Below are positions 27,743 to 40,609 of a stretch of DNA of 64,000 nt, piece after piece. A program made the translations under genes and the position numbers. Below the pieces are notes generated by a model. It made no database searches. It saw nothing but the letters and a program-made list of their open reading frames with translations, and was not told where the DNA came from. The first letter of the stretch is position 1; every line of letters starts with the position of its first letter. The DNA lies in NCBI GenBank assembly GCA_000165425.1, contig CT868407.1:199204-263203 (forward strand). Reading direction: 5' to 3'. The DNA is from Paramecium tetraurelia (taxonomy: Eukaryota).

Positions 27743-28279
27743 TTGTTTAACGGTCACTTTGTATGTCGAGAAGACAAAAGGCAAAAGCTTATTAATAATG
27801 AGAATGAGAACCCTTCTGAAAATTATGAATGCAAATTTAATGAATCCCCTTAAAGACTTTGCTAAGAAAGAAGAGCATAATAATGCTTAGAATAAATCAG
27901 TTCTCAATTCCTCCTATCTAACACCTTTGATATATATGCTGGTTGGAACGAAAAAGAAGAGAAGCCTTTTAAAAACTATCCTAGACCAGTTTAATCGTAA
28001 AAATCTACATTAGACTCATCATTTCGAATTAGAAGCCAAATAAGAACTGCTACTCCTAATCAGCGCAGGTCAAAACGAACTCAATCTCATATGAAAGAAA
28101 CAAAAATTTTATTAGACATCTGCCCAAAGCAGTGTTTTAATTATCCAATTCCTGCTTTTAAAACAAAACAATTTTCTTAAAAAGAATAAATTAAATATTT
28201 TCAAGGGTTTTATGATAGAGATGAGAAATAATTTGATTGGATGAGTAATTTACTCTAAGTTAGGAAAATTAAGAGATGA
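27743..28279 (+). CDS. Hypothetical protein (178 aa frame) lacking an ATG at its apparent start
   Basis: Open frame (L)FNGHFVCREDKRQKL...FDWMSNLLQVRKIKR* begins at TTG. The first in-frame ATG is at 28091. Confidence 0.5.
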
Positions 28280-28384
28280 TATATATAAATACACTCACTT
28301 GATTATTTCATTATCATTAATATAACTATAGTAAAGCAATAGTAATGAAAATAATGTGATTGCATACATAATGTTAAAGTTTAA

Positions 28385-30927
28385 TCATAATAATTAATAT
28401 TTCTCTAAGAGAAATGTTAGATCATTCATTTATAAAGGTTTTCCTAAATGCATATCAGCACCAATTCGTTTAGTTAATTTTTGGTCAAAATCATCGTTTC
28501 CACCTGATAAAATACATATAATTGTTTTTTTTAACTACAGTGATCGTTCTTCATCAAGTTTTCTGATATGCTGAATTGCTTCAATGCCATTCATTATTGG
28601 CATATTAATATCCATAAAAATTAAGTCATATTGTTGTTTATTTGCTTTTTCAACTGCTTCTTATCCATTTAATGCTTCATCTATAAATGGTTTTACTAAT
28701 CTTTTCTATAGAATTAATTTAAGAGCTTGCAAATTGAATGCTTAGTCGTCCACAATCAGTATGCTTAGGAGTTGTTTAGGATGTTTAGATAAATCTATAA
28801 GAGTCTTAGCTTTTTGATTTAACCTTTGTTATTATTAAAAAATTGAAAAGCTAGGCATTTACTTAATTGGGGATGGATCATTTTCTGGAAATTCTTGATC
28901 ATAACTAGAATTTTATGGTTCGATTTCTTTATCTTACATATTGGCATAGATTTTAAAAATAAAGGAAGAGCCTTGATTTTCTTTTGAAATTAATTCAATT
29001 TAAGGTTTTGGTCCTAATAAACCAACAAGATTCCTTGATATAACTAATCCTAAACCAACTCCTTTTTGGTTATGATTTCCTAAATTAAATGTAGAGTAAG
29101 CCTTGAATAGTTAATTTTATATTTAAGTAGGTATCCCAAGTCCTGTGTCTTGTACAGTAAATTAGATTAATTTGGTTTCATATGCCTGTGTGATTTCAAT
29201 AGTTAGGGATATCTTTCCAGAGAAGGTAAATTTAATTGCATTTGAAATTAAATTAAAAAGTATTTATTATAGTCTAGTTTGGTCTGAATATAGAATAATC
29301 TTCTCATTAAGGTCAGTAATAATAAATGATAAGTTTTTTAATTCTATTTATGTCTTAAACATTTATCTAATTTATTAAACACATGAGGATAGATTAAAAT
29401 GCGTTAGATTCAATCTTAATCCTTAGGTCTTCATTTATGAATAATCAATTAGATCATTGATCATGGTAGCTAGAATTTACTGGTTTGCTAACATATCTTC
29501 CAGATGGTTAATGATTTCTAAAGTTGGATTAAGAAATTAATACCTTAGATTTCTGATTTATATATTTCTTGTTTATTTTCTAAACTAGTTTTGATTACAT
29601 TAGTTAAGAGTGTTTAGACATGCAAAGGAGTCTTTAGATCATGAGATACTGCTGCTAAGAGATTATCTTTGTAGTTATCTAATTCTTTTAAATGTTACAA
29701 TCGTAATTCACGATCTGTAGCATCGTTCAATATTAACATGATACATTGCTTTCCATCCCAGAGACAACCTTATGCAAGGGCGTCATAAAATTAGAGTTTA
29801 TCCTATTTTGTTTACTAATAATTATAAAATGGATTTTTTACTCTTTAACATTACATTTTATGATGTAAAGATATAAGTTAATAATCAAATGGGTGATAAG
29901 TATTTAATTAAATTTCTGTTTAAATTTTAGATTATAAGTCTAATATTTTTTCAATAAATTTCCTTCTTTCTTTATGTAAAATGGAATTGTCCATACTAAT
30001 GATCTCTATTTGTTATAGTCTTTCTGTCAGAGTATCTTCATTATTAGTTTCAAAATGAATAGAAGCACTTTTGTTAAAGTAAGTGACATTCATTGATCTA
30101 TTTTCTTAAGTGTGTAATTATTCTCTTTAACTTGATGCTGAATTCAACATGTCATTTTTTTAGCAATCTTACGTTGAAATTTCTTCTAATATTATAATTG
30201 ATGCGGGAACAGTCTCATCAAATAATTTTTTACATGCTTCTAAATTAGTTTAAGTTTTGTGAATCAAAAGATAGTTCAGTCTGCTTGTTTTTTCATTCTG
30301 TCTTAACAAATAGCAGGTAAACAACAATAGAATGTAATGAGACCATAATCGATTATTTTAAAATTATTCAAATATTCCCATCAATGTAAGAAAGTAACTA
30401 GTGATGGTTAAACTCTGCATCAAATAGTTAGACTAGATTAAAAAAAAACTTATTGAGAACAATCCTTATTATAATCCTGAGATCAATGAAATACTCAATA
30501 CATCTTCAATATTATCTTAGGTGTTGATAACAAATTTCATAAAATAGGCATATAGCAACACATTCAATACACTATTAATGAGAATTAGTATATTGATTAG
30601 GGAATTCCAATATGTCTTAGAAATCTTTTATATTGCAAGTGAGATTAACATCCAAACTATATATATTGATCTATATTTGACTATTTCAGGAGAATAGTAT
30701 ATCAAACAAGTATTGATGATGTAAACTAAATTTATTAGTATTTGCAACACAATAGAAATCCTAAATTATACAATAACCTTGGCCATTTATCGATTTTAAT
30801 AACATTATTCCAATTCTGACTAGATAAATTAGAGTGTAAGACTATTTAAAGAATTCTCATTTTTATATAGTTCTTATATCTAACTCTACAGAAAGAATTC
30901 CTTCAAGCACATCTTAACTGCTTTCAT
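28385..30927 (-). CDS. Membrane hybrid histidine kinase (TM, PAS-like, HisKA, HATPase, receiver)
   Basis: H-box AVSHDLKTPL, N-box ILFNLISNAIKFT, G1 VQDTGLGI, G2 GVGLGLVIS, receiver ILIVDDQAFN..LIFMDINMPIMNG..GKP. One 26-nt intron, spliced length 839 codons. Confidence 0.93.
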
Positions 30928-31287
30928 TTACCAATAATAATTAATATACAAATAAAGGATTTGCAAAATTTGGATTTTATAATTAATTATTTAATTTATG
31001 CAATTGTAATTGCTTGGGAAATGTCTACTCTAATACAAAAAATATATCAACCTTAATTTTTGACAAAATGTCATATAGAATGTTGAATTTTGGAATTCTT
31101 AATCTCAAATTTAAGAAAGAAATACTTCTTGATTTTTAAGTTGCCACTTTAGCCTATTTTTTATGAGAAGGATAGAGTATTATCGTTGCAGAAATAAGTG
31201 GTAAATTTAAATCACGAAAATTTTAATAGCATGTGAACTTTACCCATTATTAATGAAAATATTTAATAAACTACTAAATTAATATAA

Positions 31288-31710
31288 ATGAATTATTAGT
31301 GAACTAACAGAAGTATTTAGATTTTATGGGTTGTTAACATAAACATATTAGAAGAATTAAAAGTTATGATTTTTGATGAAATACCATATGATGATTCAAA
31401 TTAGAATGAAAACTTATATGAGAACACTTCTCATGAATTACTTCTATAATAATTGAAAAACCTAGCAACTGTATAGGAAGCAAAAATTTATAGTACTTTA
31501 AATCAAGATTGGAAGGGTATCAATATTTTGTGATATTGTCTAGCTCAATTGGATCCTTAAGTAAGATAATGGATGACTTAAGTGAGATAACAATATTTTG
31601 AGACATAAAAAAAGTCACAGAAAGTTGTCTCTAATATTTAACTCGAATCTTTCTCAATTGATAATCAAACTGCTGATTTACAATTAGATGATTATTTCTA
31701 ATTGTGAAAT
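31288..31710 (+). pseudogene. Short coding remnant
   Basis: Protein-like stretch IFDEIPYDDSNQNENLYENTSHELLLQQLKNL..., but ATG 31288 meets TGA after 4 codons and later TGAs interrupt the frame. Confidence 0.25.
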
Positions 31711-31886
31711 CAGAAATCACTGTATTCTTTTGTGATTCAATATCTATTCATGTAATTAAAGTTCTTATCACTATAAACTTATAACTCTTCATATTTTATT
31801 CTTTATTTTAGATTAATTCTTTGATTATTATTCAATTATATAAAAACTAAGATGTTAATCAAAATCTGATATTAATAATATAAAAA

Positions 31887-33477
31887 ATAACTGATGGATT
31901 GGAGAAACAAATTAGAGTTGATTCAAAACAAAATAAGAGGCTAATTACATGCTCGTAAAATAGATGACTTGGAAGGAGTGTACCAATTAATGGCAGAATT
32001 TGATAAAGATAATTCTGGTATGGATATTTCTAATATAGGTTATTTGGATAAAGATGAATTCTAAAAGTTTCTATCTAAAATAGGTGTCTTCCTTACAACT
32101 CAAGAATTGAGAGCAGTCTATGATAAATATGATTCAAATAAAGATGGCAATATAGCTTATGCTGAATTTGTGAATCTCATAAGAGAGAATATGAGTGAAA
32201 AAAGAATCAATGTTGTCAGAAGTACCTTCGCATTTCTTGATCATCAAAGACAAGGAAGACTCCTTTTAGAAAGCTTGTATAGACTCTATCAAGCCAAAAA
32301 TCATCCAAGAGTAAGAACTAGATAAAAGACTGCAGATCAAGTTACAAAAGAATTTGTCAATGCCATCTCAAAAAGAAGCAAAGATGGTCAAAGTATCAGT
32401 GAAGATGAATTCCTTAATTATTATGCTGACTGCAACGCAACTCTACCTAGTGAAAAAGAAGAATATTTTACAGAAGTATTCTCTATCATATAATGTCTAG
32501 TTATTGACATCCACTTGGGGAGTGACTTCAGGAGCTGATTATGTTTCTCCAGAAAGACTTGCACAATTAGAAATCATTTTGTTTGAAAAAATAAGATAGA
32601 AGACAGTTACAAAGGATGATGAAGGTAAGACAGCCAAAAAGGCATTTATGTATTTTGATTTAGAGAATAAAGGGACTATTGATATTTACCAATTTGCTTA
32701 GGCACTTTAAAAGTTTGGCTGTGTTTTCAGTGACAAAGAAATTTAAGCATTATTTAATAAATATGATGCTGATAAAAGTGGAAGATTGTGTTATGATGAA
32801 ATCTGTGGATTGATTGCTTTAATGGGATCTGGAAATAATGCAAATGTTAATCCAGTATTTCAAATTGCAAGAGCTCCACCTTCAGAAACCTTAAATAGAA
32901 TTAGAGCTGATTTAATAAAGAAAGGTTAACATTCTGTAATTAAAATGGCTACAATCTTTGCAAATTCAGATAAAAATAAGAATGGAACATTAAATAGACA
33001 GGAATTCTAATGGGCTATGAAGGAATCTGGGTTTTTACTTACTAAGACAGAATATGATAATCTTTTTAGATATTTTGATAAGAATTGTGATGATGAAGTC
33101 TCATTTTTTGAATTCATTAGTTTTTTAAGAAGTATGTTTTCAATTATAATTATCTTAGAACCCTTAACTTAATTTAGAGCAGATCTAGTTAATTAATTGT
33201 GGAATAGAATATCAAACGGATAATAGTCGGTAACAATCTAATAACTTAAACGTAAATTGAAAATAATAACTATATAGAATTTTATGATGCTTCCAAGAGT
33301 CAAGATGTAACCTTAGGTATCAAAACTGTTGCTGATGCTACTAAAGACTTTAATGACATTTGGAAGGATGTCTAAGCTGTTACTTAATAATAATTTAATG
33401 AATATTTAACTGATATAAGTGCTCTTATAGAAAGCGAAGCAACTTTTGAGAAATTCATTAGAAATTCATGGAAATGA
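31887..33477 (+). CDS. Calcyphosin-like multi-EF-hand protein
   Basis: EF-hands DKDNSGYLDKDEF, DSNKDGNIAYAEF, DADKSGRLCYDEI and DKNKNGTLNRQEF, plus calcyphosin-type YQAKNHPRV and FEKFIRNSWK*. Four introns. Frame begins ATA-ACT-GAT, with the first ATG at 31990. Confidence 0.85.
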
Positions 33478-33506
33478 ATATAACATCATATACATTATAT
33501 ATATCA

Positions 33507-34356
33507 TTCATTCTAATTAAATAATAATGATACAGAAATGATGATTAAATTTTACTCTGATTAGGTATAGAAGTTTTATGCTGTTTGTGGTTTGTGTATG
33601 GGGGATATCTAAATAACATAATAAATATCATACCTGCTGATGGATCAATTGTTAATTTTACAAGCACTGGTTTTAGATGCTGCCATTAATCAAATCCAAA
33701 CATGATACTAGAGACTCCATAATCACTATCACCTACTGCTCAAAATGGCAATTCTTAATTAATTAAATGAAAGATGCAATCATTAACACAAACACCTCCT
33801 GAGGATGTAGATTCAAGGATAGCATTTTTATGGAATTTGTTTGTACCAAAGTAATATAGAACCAATGGTTTAGGTCTAGAATTGATGAAATTAATAGCTT
33901 CTTCGATCTTCTTTTAAGTGATAATAGGAAGCATTGGTCTAAAGATTTCAGATCCTCCAGTAAAAATGATAAGGTCAATAAGTTATTTGATAATTTGTTA
34001 TCAATTTTGCCAAGAGATTAGAAATATGAGGAATCATTTCAGAAGGTTTCAAGACAACTGCATTTCCTTCTCATATGGCTTGAGCTACTTAAGGTAACAC
34101 ATGAAAATGGGATAATCCTAAGCTCCAATTACGAAGACAATCCGCTGAGTTCTGACACAAAATAACTAGTTCCTGGAGCTATAATTATGCATGCGCTGAT
34201 AGATCTTATTGCTTCTTATTTGTAAATGTTTTAAATATCACATTCGATATGAGTTAACACTTCTTAATATTGTACTAATTCACAAAAGAGTTAATCTTAG
34301 TTCCTTAAGGGTTGGAACTATGACTGATACGTCATCTTTAATAATTGAGTTTCCAT
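33507..34356 (-). pseudogene. Aldehyde dehydrogenase (ALDH3-type) pseudogene with internal deletions
   Basis: IVFVIGAQDYP, GNAVVLKPSEM, DLIIFTGGS joined directly to EIFRPMLPII, AINFINSRPKPLVLYYF, TSSGGVCVND, LPF*AVGDSDYG, YPPYT. Frameshifts present. Confidence 0.88.
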
Positions 34357-34393
34357 ATTAATAATTTACTATTTTCAGTATTATAATTAAGGA

Positions 34394-35653
34394 ATGTTCT
34401 TTATTTATTTTGCATCATTAATATATCTGTTTGCAGCCTAAGGAGAAGAAGAATCCTTTGAAGATGATGACTTTTTGATGCCGCCTCCCGATGACGAGGG
34501 TTCATTCGCACATCCTTTGCATAGAACTTATTTAGAGGATTCATATTGTATGGATGGCACAAAAGCAGCGGCTTATGTCTTTGAAGGCAGCACTGATGAC
34601 TTAATTATGTATTTCTATTCTGGGGGAATCTGCATTGAGGATAGCACCAAATTTCTGAAATATGGAGATTATATTTATATCGATAATTGCACTCATAGAA
34701 ACACTACATTCTATGGTACTAGCAATGGATATCCAGAAGAATTCAATGCTAATTAAGGTTTAATGGGAAATAATAAATATTAGAATGTACATCTTAGAAA
34801 AGCTCATAAAATGTTTTTAATGTATTGTGATGGCAATATGTGGTATTAACAAATGAATTCATAAGTCTTTAAAGGAGCATTATCATAAATGAAGTTGATC
34901 CCTAAAAGAATAATTTTAGCAGGATCTGGTGTAGGAGGATGGTACTTGGTTAATAAATATAATGAATTAAGAGCAGCCATTAAAGAATTTTATTAAGAAG
35001 AGGTTGAATTGAGGATCCTTTTGGATAGTGTCATTTTTGATATATCTAGAAATCAAGATATTGTTGATGCATACACTGAAGCTACAAAGAGAGCGGGTAT
35101 AACTATGAATGATATTTTCTCTTTCGATGCTCTCTTAAAGGTTGATATCCCCACTTTTATAGTACATTCTCAATATGATTGGTGGCAATTAGAAATTAGT
35201 GATGGATTCGAATGCATTGGTAAGATCCATTTGGATAAATGCACTCCAAAGGAGAAGAAATAGATAGAAAAGATTAGATTAAGCATTCTATAATAATTGA
35301 AGGATTTGATGAAAGCCAAACCAGACTGGGGATTATGGGCAATAAGTTGTGTGTTTAATGAATTGGTCATCTGGACTGAATCATGGAACCATCCTAAATT
35401 CTAAATTCCTATGTAAAAAGGAGGGTTACTATCTGATAAATTTTAAGAGTATCTATATTTGTTTATTTATTTTAGTTGGCTAGAAAATAGAGGAGAAACT
35501 AATGTGCATTATGACATTGTGCCTTGGCCAGATAATAAACCATGTAGCAATATCTTTCATAATGGCAAGACCGATCCATAATTAGATGAGATGATCAGGA
35601 ATTACGAGATTAAGGAGTCAAGGAGTAAGAGAGAAGAAAAATATGATTTGTGA
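34394..35653 (+). CDS. Secreted pectinacetylesterase/Notum-family protein (probably catalytically altered)
   Basis: Signal peptide, CMDGTKAAAYVFEGS, YFYSGGIC, MYCDG, ILAGSGVGG, LLDS, FIVHSQYDWWQL, WAISCVFNE. One 27-nt intron, 410 aa. Confidence 0.85.
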
Positions 35654-35671
35654 AATATAATTAATTATTTA

Positions 35672-36567
35672 ATGGAAGAAAGCATCTATAATATAATAAC
35701 TGAAGATCCACTTCCATCCAAGAGATTAAAAAAATATAAATCCTAATTTCCTGGTACAATATAACCATCTTATAGTACATTTGCTAATCACTCAAATGTA
35801 ATTTAGGTATGAATTCAGTGTATACACAAGGTTAAAAATATTAGTGGAGATTACTAGTTGGCATCTTAAAGATATGCATCTGAGAGTGGAACGATAGGAA
35901 AAGCGAAAACATGTTTATTATTGAATTCAATTATTTAGAACAACTTTCTCCCATCAAACCTAGAATTATGGGTACAAACAATTTGGATGAATGGGTCGAG
36001 AAGGGATCTCTTGCTAGAAGTCGAGAATTGACTCATTCGCATAGAAATAAATTGAAACCTCTGGTTCCTAGATCTATCGAAAGACCTACTATGGGATTAT
36101 AATCTAATAGAAATTTCATAGCTACAAACAAGATTGATGCTATTCTCAAATGTTATTTCGATCTTTATTTTTAGCTCCAAAACAAGAAGATGAAGAATTG
36201 AATTGGTTAACCAAAAAAGATTATGGACATATTCCATTATATTTAAGTTAAATCAAAGATCACCTCTAATAATCTTATTTAGAAGAATAAGAAAATGTTA
36301 AGCGATAATTGGAAGCACAAAATGATAAATTGTAAATATCTAATATTAATTAGATAATTATTGTCTGAAGAAGAATTAAAATAAATTAGGGAAGGCTTGA
36401 AATAAAGATATGATGAAGTTAATAAACAATATCAATAATATACTCATCTTAAAAAGTTTGACACTGTTGGGTTGAAAAGAAGAAAGGAATAATTCGAAAA
36501 AGAGTTGATCTAACTAGAAAAAGACATGGATAAATTGAAAAAACCATATGTATTTGTAGGGAAATGA
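35672..36567 (+). CDS. ENKUR: Enkurin-domain ciliary protein
   Basis: MEESIYNII..KYKSQFP, KPLVPRSIERPTMGLQSNRNFIATN, KKDYGHIPLYL, RRKEQFEKELIQLEKDMDKLKKPYVFV. Four introns. Confidence 0.85.
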
Positions 36568-36586
36568 AATTATATATAATATTAAT

Positions 36587-37420
36587 ATGAGTAATTATGA
36601 TGATCTGAAATCAAAGGAAGATTAATTAATGAGAATAAACTCAGAATTAGAATAATAAAGAAGAGCTTTGAAAGAAGATTATGTATGATCTGAATGATAG
36701 ATTTTAGTTCATATTCAAAAATAAAGATTCAAATTATTAAGATTAAAATTACGATGAGAATATAGATTACAATGAAAAATGAATCCAACGATGTATTTAC
36801 CATCTAAAATTTATATTAGGTGTAAAAAGATGAAAGCGATTAGGATAAACAATAATAATAATAAAAGTATGATCATCAGAAGATGAAGTTTTCAATAATT
36901 ATGTTGCTATACAATTGATAGTTAATCAAATAAGAAGCATCAAAAGTGTTTAATAAAATGGAGATAATTAATAATCTATGAAATATGATGATAAAAATAA
37001 GAAATTTTGGAATGGGAATTGATTGTGGATGAACAAGGAATTCCTGATCTAAATAATAAGAATGTAAAGACTAAAGATAGGTGCTTTGAAATAAGATTTA
37101 GATAGTCTTCTCTAATAAAACATAATCAAAGAAAATTTAATTTAAGAAATAGAATAGAAAGATAGATAATGCACACATTTTTGTTAGTTTGAATGAAAAA
37201 TAAGAATAATTTAGATTAAAATTATAAAGACAAATTCAAAAAAGATAATTAAAGAATTGAATAACAAATAACAAAATCACTTTAGCTTTAAAAAAAATAA
37301 TTAAAGCTAATTGAAATTCTTAAAAGATAGTGAATCTATATAATTGCAGCAAGGTTGTCTTAATTTATTGAATCAGACTTTACTAAAACTACTGACCTAA
37401 GTAATAAAATATAATACTGA
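36587..37420 (+). pseudogene. TEX9: TEX9-like coiled-coil protein pseudogene
   Basis: N-terminal LKSKEDQLMRINSELE and C-terminal KKQLKLIEILKRQ*IYIIAARLSQFIESDFTKTTDL match the TEX9 end motifs. TGAs at 36780 and 37331, plus frameshifts. Confidence 0.65.
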
Positions 37421-37994
37421 AATAAATTAGTATTAATTTATATATTCTAAATTTCTTAACTATTAATAGTCTAGTTAATACTAATATTTTGGGTTACTTA
37501 TAGCTTTGTCACCAACCATTTATTTAAATGTTTATTTGGATTTAAAAATGACAATTTTATAATATTAATATAAATTATATAGATTAGAATTACTTGTTTA
37601 TCAATCTGAATTCCTAAAAAAGAACAGATATTTCAGTAGATTATAGTGAAATTAGATTGGCTATTTCCTAATTTAATTAGAAATCTCTATTATATTTAAT
37701 AATTTTATATTGAAATAAAAAACAATAAAATAATAATCTAATAATTTAGCAAAAAAAGATGCTATTATTTTGATTAAATTTATAAAACAAAATAAAAATA
37801 AAAAATGTTATAATAATTTAGAGTATTGTATGAGAAAGTATAAGGAAATGTAATTTTATGTAATTGAATGAGAATGGGATTAGTTATATTGAATAAAATA
37901 TTTTTATCATGAAATTTGTTTGGTTAATTAAATCCACCTTTTTTATAATATAAATTAAATGATAAAACAAAAAAAGAAATAATATTAAAACAAG

Positions 37995-39386
37995 ATGGAG
38001 TAGCTTATTCAAAATAAGAGACTAGAGCATCTGGAGTTATTGAATTAATTGGAGAGACTGGAAATATAATAATCAACAAAAGAGATACAAATAATTTAGA
38101 CGATTACACAATAGCAAAAAAGGGAGCAAGATATTGAGATAATGGCTGCACCACAACTAGTTTCACCGAAATGGTTAATGAATTTAAAGCCTACAATGAC
38201 ATATGAATGTGATGTTGTAACTCAAGAAGAGAGTGAATTAGATTAGATTGTTAAGCATCAATTAAAAGAGAAGATTCAGAAGCAGAAAGTAAGATATAAT
38301 ATGAATGAAATAGGAAATGCAATAACAAGCTTATTTAGAATTAATAAACGAATTAGACTTGTAATCAAAACATCACGCTTATGATGAGAAAGTAAAAGAG
38401 GATTTCAAATGCACATATCAATTTATGAGTTAGAGGAAACAAGTAAGTATTGACATAAAGTATTATGATTTCTTGAAATTAAACCCTCAGAATTATGTCA
38501 ATGATACTATCATTAACTTTTTCTTAAGATTCATAGAAAATGATATCTTCAAAAACAAATCTCTATTTATTTACAACACTTACTTTTGCACTCGACTGTT
38601 ATCATTTCATGCAGAATACAAACAAATTTATACACAGTATTTATAGAACAATTAAATGTTACAGAGATGGACAAAGGATAACATCTTTATGAAACAATAT
38701 ATTTTGTTTCCTCTGCATTTACGTGAACATTGGGCAGTGATATTTGTAGTGAATCCATTGCAAGTTTGCGAACAATTGTGTAATAATAACTATTAATTGA
38801 GTACTGATGTGAATAAGAATGGGTATTTAATCTATTTCGATTCGCTTCTTATTTAGGATCAAAGGATTGGAATTCAGATTAAGTTTTATTTGATGCATGT
38901 GTATAATCTTGAGCACAAGAGATATACTGATGATTAGATCTATGAGATTGTAATGAGATCAACTGTCCCTGTGTATTAGCCTATAGTACCAAGATAAACC
39001 AATCTAGTAGACTGTGGATTGTATATGTTGGAGTATGTGGAGAGGTTTTTAATGAATCCCTATTAAATTCTTAATAATTTGGAGTAGGATCACTTGAAAT
39101 GGTTTCCCAAAGTGATGATTTTTATTAAACGCATATTAATTAAAAAAATATTAAATGCCTTAAGTTCTGGATAAAAAGATTATGCACTTAGATACCAGGA
39201 AAATTGTAGAATGATCGATCAACAATTCAGTATTTATTTATTGATTATTATATATTAGCTGACTCAAATCAATACGACTATATAGATGAATAACTACTTG
39301 AATAATTGTAAGTGCCACGTTTACAATTTCATTTAAGCGAAGATTATAATTACTATTATGATGTTTCGCCTAGTGTTGGTGTGTGA
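37995..39386 (+). CDS. Ulp1/SENP-family SUMO protease (peptidase C48, Ulp2/SENP6-7-like)
   Basis: YVNDTIINFFL, IYNTYFCTRL, FPLHLREHWAVI, IYFDSL, VPRQTNLVDCGLYMLEYVERF, with the His-Asp-Cys triad intact. Two introns. Confidence 0.92.
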
Positions 39387-39403
39387 TAAATATATATATA
39401 TTA

Positions 39404-40597
39404 TCATTAATTTGACTATTTATTCTCATCCTGAATCGTATCCCATTTACACTTTTGTTAACTCCTTCTATTTTTCATTTTTCATCCTCTTTTCTAATTT
39501 GCATATTCAGAATCTAATTCTTTAACTAACTAAGTTTTTCTGGAAAAAGAATATGAACAACAAAGTCAATTGATTTATTAAGCAATGTTGTAATCTTGGT
39601 CATTCTCTTCTAAGTGTTATCTGGGAGGAATGATGGCTTAGTAATAAGTGATTAAGTCTGTGTTATTTATTTACTTGATAGGCCAAGATAAGATTAATTA
39701 CTAAAGAAACATCAGTCTTTTTTACCTTTATAACCTATGTAAAAGATTGGTTTGTTAACTATTATTCATTTATTATTATTCCCTATTCACATGTTATTCT
39801 TGTATTATGTTGAACATTTCTATGACAATTAAAATTAAAATTTACTAATGCTAGCTAAGATTTTGGTTGGTTTTGAATTCATTTAGTTAGTGTCTATTAA
39901 ATTTACTGTTATGCTAATTTTTATAAAGTTCCTATCACCTCAAACTCACAATTATCTAAATTTTAAATGACTTCAGCTCAATATCATTTATATCTCTATA
40001 TAGATGCAGTCAAGCACTATTCATAGTCTCTTGCCTAAAAATTAAATCTCCTCTCAATAACCTACAACTTTTACTATTAATAACTAATGAAACTGAACTT
40101 CAACCATATATGTAACTTAGTTCTATCATCAAACACTTCTATTTTATTTTATATAATTTAATTTTCCCACCAATCTATTAAATTAACAAGGAAGAGCTAT
40201 CTATACAAATAAGCTGGTTATTTTAGAGTCAAACTCAATTCATATACTGAAGTTAAAGATTAGAGTGCATCACTATTCACCAAAGAGAGTTTCCTTTGCA
40301 TAGAGATGTGATGCATTTTAAAGTGATCTCAATGATTTTGGAATTAAATATTGCACTCTCATAAAATGCTACTCTTTTGTGTGTGTCATCTGAACTTTTG
40401 ACTTGAGCTTCTCCTAAGTCAGAGTTCTTATCATCATCTTGAGATCGCACATTTAATATTATATAATGCTTATCTTATTTAGTGGAGAGGTCTAGTGATT
40501 TTGAGTTACCCTCCTTTAAATCAAATAAGAAATCCTTCTATTTTTTGGCCATCTCTTAGATGACCATCAAAAAAATAGCAGTCAAGAGGGTAATCAT
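39404..40597 (-). pseudogene. Probable secreted/membrane protein gene, disrupted
   Basis: Signal-like MITLLTAIFLMVI start and ~107 open codons, then TGA near 40277. Protein-like sequence continues in other frames. Confidence 0.4.
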
Positions 40598-40609
40598 TAA
40601 TTAAATTAA

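Noticed and set aside
28385..30927. Histidine kinase as bacterial contamination, HGT or pseudogene
   Set aside because: It uses code 6, has a 26-nt intron, and its spliced length is an exact codon multiple. Hybrid kinases are a known ciliate family.
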